From Candidatus Poribacteria bacterium (GTDB lineage Bacteria; Poribacteria; WGA-4E; WGA-3G), in contig OZ240248.1 of the NCBI GenBank assembly GCA_965198235.1, forward strand, positions 384,001-448,000: a DNA stretch of 64,000 bases, in the 5' to 3' direction. Below are positions 28,466 through 36,141 of this stretch, piece after piece. Under the pieces are notes generated by a model. It saw nothing but the letters and a program-made list of their open reading frames with translations, did no database searches and was not told the DNA's origin. The translations under genes and the position numbers were made by a program. Within the stretch, counting starts at the first letter, position 1. Each line of letters begins with the position of its first letter.

Positions 28466-29539
28466 ATGAAAGCATTTCTGAAAAGACTGGTATTTCTCAT
28501 TATCTTTATCCTTGTGGTCGGTGCTGGCATCTGTGTTTATATCCTTCAAGCACCGCCGGTTGAACAGAAAAGGGTACCGAAACTCCAAATTCACACGCGG
28601 ACAGCACTACGCGGAAGACCCACAGTCGACTCAAAGCCGATTGTATATACTAAAGATGTTTATCGGTTCAGCTTAGACCAGCAGTACATTAGCAACCTGA
28701 ATAGCGGTAAATTGGAGCGTGAACTTCTATTTAGCGCGGGATTGGCGCATCGTGCAAGATTGAAAACAGACCGTTTGGACGCGTCTTTAAAGACCGGAAC
28801 GGATTGGCAAAAAATGTTTGCGGATATGACAAAAGATATTCGCTTCCGTCCGAGTGCGTCCCCTATTGAAGTCTTGCTAAGTGGCGAAGAGTGGCTACTC
28901 AGGGATACCACGGGGGCTGCTTATACAGTTGTAAGAACTGATAGCAACGTTGAGGTCTATCTTCCCGATTTAAGAGAGGCATTTGAGGCAAACAAAATTT
29001 CGCTCTCAAAGGATTTGAAAACCTCCATTAAACAAGCAAACAGACGGTGGCTCATCAAGGATAACGGATATAAGCAGGCTTACAGCGTTGTGAAAGGCGA
29101 AGGGAAGCTCAACGTTTTTCAGCAATCGAAGTTTGAAATTCTGACGTTTCTGTTTGAGGCAGATATGGCATCGCAGAGTTCCCTCACACAAGGAAAGTTG
29201 TCTTCTAAATTGATCCAAGAATTTGTTGCACAGAAGATACCATTATCGCGACGGGCGCAGGCATCAGCAAGCGAAGACGGCATGAGTTGGCAGGTAACCA
29301 ATCCGCCCCTGAAATATAATATCCGAAGTGAGAACAATCGATTGAAGGTTTATCTCGATCTTGACAGCAAATGGCTCCGCATCAAGGTTGACGACAGCAC
29401 AAAAGGCTGGGTGCAAAGCGCGCGCGGTACCATTTTTGAACCTCCCCCACCGACGCTTAGTTCACGTCAACAAGCCAAGGAACGGCTTCTCGTACTTATT
29501 GACAGGTTAAAAGAGAAAGTCGGGCTTTCCAATGGATAG
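28466..29539 (+). CDS. membrane-anchored protein with three internal repeats and a C-terminal SH3-like segment
   Basis: N-terminal TM; repeated F....I.LS...W.I.D...Y.V......L.VY; WLRIKVDDSTKGWV. Confidence 0.78.
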   Translation: MKAFLKRLVFLIIFILVVGAGICVYILQAPPVEQKRVPKLQIHTRTALRGRPTVDSKPIVYTKDVYRFSLDQQYISNLNSGKLERELLFSAGLAHRARLKTDRLDASLKTGTDWQKMFADMTKDIRFRPSASPIEVLLSGEEWLLRDTTGAAYTVVRTDSNVEVYLPDLREAFEANKISLSKDLKTSIKQANRRWLIKDNGYKQAYSVVKGEGKLNVFQQSKFEILTFLFEADMASQSSLTQGKLSSKLIQEFVAQKIPLSRRAQASASEDGMSWQVTNPPLKYNIRSENNRLKVYLDLDSKWLRIKVDDSTKGWVQSARGTIFEPPPPTLSSRQQAKERLLVLIDRLKEKVGLSNG

Positions 29540-30584
29540 AATAAAACCCAAGGTACTACGTCCCGGTAGCCGTATCGCAGCGATTTCGCTCTCTTGGGGC
29601 GGTCCCGGCACTTTTCCCTACCGTTATGAGATAGGTAAACGTCAGTTTGAAGAAGAATTCGGCGTGACGGTTATCGAAACGGAACACGCCTTGCGCGATG
29701 CAGTCTGGCTTTCCAAGAACCCTAAAGCGCGTGCCGATGATTTGATGGCGGCTTTTACCGATAGAACAATTGACGGCATCATCTCAACAATCGGTGGTGA
29801 AGATTCAATTCGCACACTCCCATACCTCGATTTGGATCTGATTCGGAATAACCCCAAGGTTTTTATTGGATTTTCGGATACCACGATATCGCATGCTGCC
29901 TGTTTTAAAGCGGGTATCGTGTCGTTCTACGGTCCCTCGTTTATGGCGGGGTTTGCCGAGAACGGTGGGATGTTCACGTATATGGTGGATTCCGTCCGAC
30001 GTACCCTCTTTTCCACAGAACCCATTGGTATTATTGAACCGAACCGAGCGGGATGGACAGTTGAATATCTGTCGTGGGAGAATTCTGAAAACCAATCCAT
30101 TCGTCGAAAATTGGACCCGTGTACCGGCTGGAGGTTTCATCAGGAGGAAGGTGTCGTTGAAGGGCAGCTTTTTGGGGGCTGTGTTGAGGTTTTGGACTGG
30201 CTCCGAGGCACTGACTATTTTCCTTCTGCTACCGATCTTCGAGGTGCCGTTCTCTTCTTGGAGACATCCGAAGAGATGCCGCCGCCCTCATTTCTAACAA
30301 GGTTTGTGAGGTGTCTTGCAGCGATGGGTGTTCTCGAAGGACTTAGCGGTATAATGCTCGGACGACCTGGCGGAGGCGTTGATCCTGACACTTTCCACGA
30401 ATACGACGATGCGCTCTGTAAAGCGGTTCGTGAGGAATATGGGTTGAACGACATGCCGATTGTCACCAATATGGACTTCGGACACACCGATCCGATGTTC
30501 GTTATTCCCATGGGCATGAAGGTTCGTGTCGATTCTACGAAGCAGGAAATCGCCATTGATGAGGCAGCGGTTGTTAAAAACTGA
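29532..30584 (+). CDS. peptidase S66 (LD-carboxypeptidase/MccF-like)
   Basis: IGGEDS, GFSD (Ser), LETSEE, FGHTDP. Confidence 0.92.
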   Translation: MDRIKPKVLRPGSRIAAISLSWGGPGTFPYRYEIGKRQFEEEFGVTVIETEHALRDAVWLSKNPKARADDLMAAFTDRTIDGIISTIGGEDSIRTLPYLDLDLIRNNPKVFIGFSDTTISHAACFKAGIVSFYGPSFMAGFAENGGMFTYMVDSVRRTLFSTEPIGIIEPNRAGWTVEYLSWENSENQSIRRKLDPCTGWRFHQEEGVVEGQLFGGCVEVLDWLRGTDYFPSATDLRGAVLFLETSEEMPPPSFLTRFVRCLAAMGVLEGLSGIMLGRPGGGVDPDTFHEYDDALCKAVREEYGLNDMPIVTNMDFGHTDPMFVIPMGMKVRVDSTKQEIAIDEAAVVKN

Positions 30585-30591
30585 TACAAAA

Positions 30592-30815
30592 AGTTAGCCA
30601 AGGCGGACAGCAATGCAACAACGGCGCATTGCGGATTCGACAAGACATCCGTACTCTGCCAAGAGGTTCTAATTGCACGCTTGGCATCCAATTAAAAAAG
30701 AGAAAAGAGGTCAGCCAAAGCATATAGCAATGCAACAACGGCGCATTGCGGATTCGACAAGACCCCTTCACTTTGCCAAGAGGTTCTGATTGCACGCTTG
30801 GCGCTAAATTAAAAA
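30592..30815. repeat. tandem duplicated ~108-bp structured unit (period 117 bp)
   Basis: Identical 38-nt core AGCAATGCAACAACGGCGCATTGCGGATTCGACAAGAC in both copies; GCCAA..GC / GCTTGGC closing stem. Confidence 0.85.
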
Positions 30816-32015
30816 ATGAAAATCCTTTTCTTGTCTCCTACCGTGCCATATCCACTCACCGATGGCGGACGCATTCGGGTGTTTAACCTCCTCAAACAGA
30901 TTGCCGCGAAAAGCGATGTGACACTGCTCGTTTTGGAAACGCAATCGTCAGACGCGGAAGGAGTTGCACAGCTCCAGCAGTTAGGCATTCAGGTCCATCT
31001 TGTTCCAAACACACCGACACTTCCACGCGTGTCGCTTGGCACACTCCTTAAAGCGTTTCTCAGACGACAACCGATTACCGTTGTGCGCTACGATCTCCTA
31101 GCCTATCGCCAGAAGTTCAGAGAATTAATCGCAACTGAAACCTTTAATCTCGTCCATTATGAGATGTTTCACACGGCACAGTTCCATATAGAAACGCGCC
31201 TGCCGGGTGTGCTTTCACAACAGAACGTCGATTCTGCGATCTGGCGGCGGCTCTGTGGTGAAACCGTCAATCCGTTCTATAAGTTCGCATATTGGACACA
31301 GCAACTCGCATTTCAACGTTATGAACGGGTGCTAAGCCCGAAATTCGATGCGGTGACGTGTACCTCTGACATCGATGCCGCCGTGTTCCAGCAGCACTGT
31401 GCGAAAGACATTATTGAGATAATTCCGAACGGTGTTGATATTACACACTACCAGCCTGACTTTGCATCTGAGGTCCCAGCACATCTTATCTATATTGGGA
31501 GTATGGACTGGTACCCGAATGAGGACGCTGTCGGTTTCTTTGCGGATGAGGTCCTGCCACGAGTTCAGGAGAGTGTCCCCGATGTTAGATTTTCGATTGT
31601 CGGTGGAAATCCATCAACACGCGTCCAGAAGTTGGCGGAAAGAAAAGGGGTCGTTGTCACCGGACGTGTACCGGAGATCAAGCCCTATTTCGCTGAAGCG
31701 ACGGTTTTTGTCGTGCCGTTGCGGATCGGGAGCGGCACCCGTCTAAAAATCCTCGAAGCGTTGGCGATGGGCAAAGCGATTGTCTCTACCTCGGTCGGTG
31801 CCGAGGGTTTGGATCTCAAAGATAGCGAGGAAATCTTCATCGCTGACGAACCTACCGTCTTTGCCGATGCGGTCACCCGGTTGCTTACAGATGCACCACT
31901 TCGCCGTAGGGTCGGTGAAAATGGTCGTGCCCGCGTGGAGCAGGATTACGATTGGCGGAGTATCGGCGAGAAACTCCATTTGCTCTACACTAAGATTGGT
32001 AGGCGCGCTTTGTAA
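30816..32015 (+). CDS. glycosyltransferase family 4
   Basis: PYPLTDGG, IPNGVD, GSMDWYPN, VVPLRIGSGTRLKILEA. Confidence 0.92.
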   Translation: MKILFLSPTVPYPLTDGGRIRVFNLLKQIAAKSDVTLLVLETQSSDAEGVAQLQQLGIQVHLVPNTPTLPRVSLGTLLKAFLRRQPITVVRYDLLAYRQKFRELIATETFNLVHYEMFHTAQFHIETRLPGVLSQQNVDSAIWRRLCGETVNPFYKFAYWTQQLAFQRYERVLSPKFDAVTCTSDIDAAVFQQHCAKDIIEIIPNGVDITHYQPDFASEVPAHLIYIGSMDWYPNEDAVGFFADEVLPRVQESVPDVRFSIVGGNPSTRVQKLAERKGVVVTGRVPEIKPYFAEATVFVVPLRIGSGTRLKILEALAMGKAIVSTSVGAEGLDLKDSEEIFIADEPTVFADAVTRLLTDAPLRRRVGENGRARVEQDYDWRSIGEKLHLLYTKIGRRAL

Positions 32016-32078
32016 ACGCTCCGGTGCTGTATCGATCAACACTTTACCCTTTTTTGCTGGTGAGATTTCATGAAGTTA

Positions 32079-33203
32079 ACGCCTTGTGCTAATTAGTTTT
32101 GTTTTCATAGAGTTTCGCTTATGCGAGAACGAGCTCCTTGAGTTTCATCAAGGGGTGTCCCAAACATAGGTTAAGGAAAGCCCCGAGAAGACACGCCCCG
32201 AACTTGTTGCTCATCCGGGTCTGCATCCCCCAATGCGCTCGCGCACGAATCCGAGATATACAGAACTGTTCTGTGAGTTGAGCAATCGTGGTTTCAATAC
32301 GGCGGCGCAACCGCACTTGGAGTTTCCGAAACGATTGGGTATATTGCGCTTTCTGGTTGCTGCGCAACGTCGGTAATAAGACCGTGTCTTGTGTTTCTAA
32401 AAGTTCATCCTGCAGGGGCATAGAGATATACCCTTTGTCTCCAAGCAGAATCGGATACCTGCTACGTTCACAGAGCAATGGCAGCACGTCTCGGTCATCT
32501 ATATCCCCAGAGGCAATCGCAAAGTCAACCGGAAGACCAGCAGCCGTGGTGACCAGACTCCCGCGAAAACCGAAAAACGTGCCGAGACCTTTCGTCGCAC
32601 AGTGTCCATAAGTCGCCAGGGTCCCCGTGGCATCCGCCCACTTCAAGTCAGACTTTGAAGACTTCGCACGTTTGAAATCGCAGAGAGGTATTGGAAAAGA
32701 ATCGACGATAAAAACATGCTGCTTCGGGAAATACTGCGTCAATGCGCGACGCAGGACTTCGCTCGCACCCGAGAGATTTCTTCGCCGGCGATTGAAACGC
32801 GACCGCTCCGGTGAAGACGGAAAAACCGTTTTCAGTTCCGCTTGGATACGGGCATACCCTGAGTTTTCACTGTCCGCACCGATGTATTCAAGCAACCAAC
32901 TTATTGTGAGAATGTCACTATCTCGACACGCAGGGATGGGACCCGGACGATGTGCCTCAGCATTCGGGAAGTTGGCATCATAAAGCGTTTTCATGATCTT
33001 TTGAAACACACGCGCAACTCTACGGAGCGTGCGAGGTTGATTTTGCAGTTGCAAAACAGTGCGTTGTAAAGTAGACTGTAAGTCCATCCTTATGCCTCCT
33101 TTTGTTTGCTGACTTATAGGATAGCATAGGGATGGCTTTATGAATACACAAACTCAATATGTGTGAAATGCAGAAAAACAATAAGTTAACTAACACAAGG
33201 CGT
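32079..33203 (-). mobile_element. IS982-family insertion sequence, complete
   Basis: TIRs ACGCCTTGTG(C/T)TA; 7-bp target duplication GAAGTTA at 32072-32078 and 33204-33210. Confidence 0.88.
32119..33087 (-). CDS. IS982-family DDE transposase
   Basis: ERSRFNRRRR, IVDSFPIPLC, FFGF, LGDKGY, RRRIET. Confidence 0.9.
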   Translation of the reverse strand: MDLQSTLQRTVLQLQNQPRTLRRVARVFQKIMKTLYDANFPNAEAHRPGPIPACRDSDILTISWLLEYIGADSENSGYARIQAELKTVFPSSPERSRFNRRRRNLSGASEVLRRALTQYFPKQHVFIVDSFPIPLCDFKRAKSSKSDLKWADATGTLATYGHCATKGLGTFFGFRGSLVTTAAGLPVDFAIASGDIDDRDVLPLLCERSRYPILLGDKGYISMPLQDELLETQDTVLLPTLRSNQKAQYTQSFRKLQVRLRRRIETTIAQLTEQFCISRIRARAHWGMQTRMSNKFGACLLGAFLNLCLGHPLMKLKELVLA

Positions 33204-33216
33204 GAAGTTACCTAAA

Positions 33217-33342
33217 TAGGACTTCCGCAAAATCCATTTTTATAGAAGCAGGACTTCCGCAAACGCCTTTGCTGGCGAGGTTTGCAACCTCGCCAGCGGC
33301 GCGTTATACGTGGGATCTCATGGAAAAATTGCGTAAGTCCTA
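33217..33342. mobile_element. TA-flanked MITE (same family as 18057-18150)
   Basis: TAGGACTTCCGCAA...TTGCGTAAGTCCTA; internal GCTGGCGAGGTTTGCAACCTCGCCAGC. Confidence 0.7.
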
Positions 33343-33495
33343 TAGGTGTAACGCGTAATGTCTTTCATATTCAGTCCTTAGTATCCTCAATAGCCCTACT
33401 AAATTGCCTCTTTCACCGGATGGTTCACCGAGGTCCTGTGTTGGGAGAAATTCGTCGTTATGAGTTTACGCTGGTTGTAGGTGACAACTTGGACG

Positions 33496-33584
33496 TTATT
33501 CAAGACGATCTTCAAGTTCATCCATTGTGGTGGCAAAGGCATCACCAAGATTGATCTGTAGCTTATCCGCTAAGATAAGGAATT
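33496..33584 (-). pseudogene. 3' remnant of a possible MazG-like pyrophosphohydrolase gene, cut by IS3
   Basis: FLILADKLQINLGDAFATTMDELE* resembles MazG-like C-termini; begins at the IS3 left end. Confidence 0.45.
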
Positions 33585-34567
33585 TGTACTGCCATCGGAA
33601 ATTCAGACCACCCTCTAAACCAAGATTGTGATACAATACAATCTCACAGAAAGGAGAATTCCGATGGCGAAACGAAAACGAAGAACCTTCACCCCCGAGT
33701 TTAAAACGGAGGTCGTTCTTGAGACCCTCCGCGGTGAAAGTTCGCAAGCAGAACTGTGTAGGCGACATAACCTCAGCGAAGAGCAGGTCTCAAAATGGAA
33801 GCAGCAGTTCCTTGAAAATGCGGTGTCTGTGTTTGCCTCGACGGATCAGCAGTCCAGCGAGGCGGCGGAGCGTATTGCTCACCTTGAACACCTCGTGGGG
33901 CGGTTGACCGTGGCGTTAGACATCCAAAAAAAAGCATTGACCTTCTTGAGTTGATCCCGTCTGAAGAATGCCAAATCGTAGAGGCATTACGGACGGAGTA
34001 CTCGGTGCGAGAGATTTGCGAGACGCTCGGTTTCACCCGGAGCAACTTCTATTATCAACCGAAAAAGGACCCGTCTGAAGAAGTCCTGCGAGCAGAAATA
34101 GAGCAGTTAGCCGCGGCGTATCCGACATACGGATATAGGCGTATCACGCACTTGCTGGTGAAGGCGGGATATCCCGTTGGGTATCGGCGTGTTGCCCGAT
34201 TGATGAAATCCGAGAACCTCTGCGTTGCTGCTAAATGTGCGTGTCAAACGACTCACTCCAGGGACAGGGGGCATCCGTGGGGGAATCGACTTGAGAATCT
34301 TGATATCTGTCGGCACGATCAAGTCTGGGTTGGCGATATTACCTACGTCCGCCTCAAGGGACATTTCGTCTATGTCGCTCTGCTCATGGATGTCTTCACT
34401 CGCATGATAAGAGGGTGGCAGATCAGCCACCACTTAAACACATCTCTGACGCTGAAACCGCTACAAGAGGCATTGTGCCAAAGTGTGCCGGAGATCCACC
34501 ACAGCGATCAAGGTGTGCAATATCTTTCAAATGCTTACATCTCAACGCTGAGGTGTCATAACATTGA
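33585..34567 (+). mobile_element. IS3-family element, 3'-truncated
   Basis: Starts TGTACTGCC; orfA/orfB with A8G slippery site at 33926-33934; no right IR seen. Confidence 0.85.
33664..33954 (+). CDS. IS3-family transposase OrfA (HTH)
   Basis: RRTFTPEFK..VV, LCRRHNL...V.KWK.QF; AGGAG RBS. Confidence 0.85.
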   Translation: MAKRKRRTFTPEFKTEVVLETLRGESSQAELCRRHNLSEEQVSKWKQQFLENAVSVFASTDQQSSEAAERIAHLEHLVGRLTVALDIQKKALTFLS

Positions 34568-34634
34568 TTACTTCTTATTGCTGAAGATGGAGAAAATCTT
34601 GTTTCGAGGATACTACCGATTGCTTATTCAGTAG
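33951..34634 (+). pseudogene. IS3-family transposase OrfB, truncated before the catalytic Glu
   Basis: YGYRRI, WVGDITY, IHHSDQG.QY, then unrelated sequence after ~34567. Confidence 0.8.
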
Positions 34635-34978
34635 AGGGTAAATCGTGGGTTAATAATCACGCTCATGTTTTAAAAGTCAATGAGATTAACCAATTTTTCT
34701 TGGAATACTATTTTAATTCAATTGATTTATCCCCGTATTTGAGTGGGGCAACGAGACCAAAATTGAATAAAGCATCGTTATTAAATATTCCGGTACCAAG
34801 ACCCAGCAAAGAAGAAACAGACGAGATTGCTTTAGTGTTGGTCAGTTGTGATACCAAAGTCGCTGCTCTCGAACGAGAAGTTGAACTTATGGGTGAACTC
34901 TTCCACGCTATGCTTGACGAATTAATGACCGGGCAGCGGTCTGCTGTCCCGCTGATTGATACCGAATTGGTGAACTAA
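34568..34978 (+). pseudogene. hsdS: 3' remnant of type I RM specificity subunit
   Basis: Frame open from 34568: LLIAEDGENL..GKSWVNNHAHVL..SGATRPKLNK..L.NIP.P.P..E...I; C-terminal LDELMTG. Confidence 0.82.
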
Positions 34979-35469
34979 CAGATTTCCTCGACGATAAGCG
35001 TTATTTATGTTAAAATAATTATCACATAACGATTGATAGTTTGCTTTCACTTCACGCCGCGCCGTGAAACCCAAAGACGTGAGTTCAACATAAACGTTTG
35101 TTTTCCGCTTTCGCAGAGTACTCTGAAATTTTCAGAGTACGTTCTGAAAACCTATACCGAAAAAATGTCGATAAATCCAGTCATAATCAGGGTTCACAAC
35201 ACTTTTGAAGAGACAATCATTTTTGCACTTTACTCTGAATACTCTGAAATTTTCAGAGATGGCATTGTATTGCACTTGAATCCTGATTCTGATAATAGAA
35301 CCGTAGAACACGAATAGGTCAACCCCAGAAGGGTAGCATCTCTGTATTCTCAAAATCCGCGAAATCTGCGCAATCCGCGTAATCCGCGATTCAGACGAAT
35401 AATAGCCATCTTAACTGACAACTGATAACTGATAACTGAATACCTCTGAAACATTTACACACACGCATA

Positions 35470-35498
35470 TTGCGATTTTGCTTGTGAAATGCTATAAT
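35470..35498 (+). promoter_or_regulatory. sigma70 promoter (extended -10)
   Basis: TTGCGA-17 bp-TATAAT with TG extension, upstream of Uma2. Confidence 0.5.
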
Positions 35499-35514
35499 CT
35501 GATAAATTCTATTC

Positions 35515-36102
35515 ATGGAATCAAACATGTCATCTATTGCAGCTGATACCTACATTACCCCCGAGGCATACCTCGCGTCGGAACGCAGGGCAAAGTTCAA
35601 AAGCGAATACATCCACGGCGAGGTACTCGCCATGTCTAGGGCAAGCAATGCACATAATCTTATCACGGTGGATATAACCACTGAACTGAACATCCAATTG
35701 CGCGGACGCGGTTGTGATGTCTACGCCAGCGATATGCGCGTTCGGACAAGTCCGACAGGTTCTTACTTCTACCCGGATGTCGCCGTTGTTTGCGATAAAC
35801 CCCGTTTTGAGGATAACGTTTTTGACACGCTTCTCAATCCCATTCTTGTCGTAGAGGTACTTTCACCATCAACCGAAACGTATGACAGAGGCGAGAAGTT
35901 TGCGCACTACCAAGAACTTACATCCTTGCGAGAATATATGCTTGTTTCACAAGACAGGATTCGCGTTGAGCATTTTCGTCTTGTTGAGACACAGTGGGTA
36001 GGAAAAACGTTTCACGCGCCTGAGGATGTCTTACTGCTCGATTCGATGGAATGCAAGTTGCCTGTGCGGGATATCTATACACGCGTCGCATTTCCTGATT
36101 AA
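35515..36102 (+). CDS. Uma2-family (PD-(D/E)xK) endonuclease-like protein
   Basis: KSEYIHGE..AM, YPDVAVVC, VEVLSPST..YDRGEKF. Confidence 0.92.
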   Translation: MESNMSSIAADTYITPEAYLASERRAKFKSEYIHGEVLAMSRASNAHNLITVDITTELNIQLRGRGCDVYASDMRVRTSPTGSYFYPDVAVVCDKPRFEDNVFDTLLNPILVVEVLSPSTETYDRGEKFAHYQELTSLREYMLVSQDRIRVEHFRLVETQWVGKTFHAPEDVLLLDSMECKLPVRDIYTRVAFPD

Positions 36103-36141
36103 GGTGTGGGTGGGCTTTGTAAGCTCGATTTCGGTAGCATT

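Noticed and set aside
30592-30815. Integron attC sites or CRISPR repeats
   Set aside because: No RYYYAAC...GTTRRRY arrangement, no cassette ORF between units, no integrase; units too long for CRISPR.
33496-33768. 90-aa minus-strand ORF as a real gene
   Set aside because: Chimera of IS3 left-end antisense sequence and a truncated gene tail.
34700-34978. Independent 92-aa gene
   Set aside because: The frame is open upstream to 34568 and is an hsdS fragment with no RBS.
35033-35353. Two short overlapping ORFs
   Set aside because: They lie over palindromic repeats (CTCTGAAATTTTCAGAG) with no RBS or family signal.
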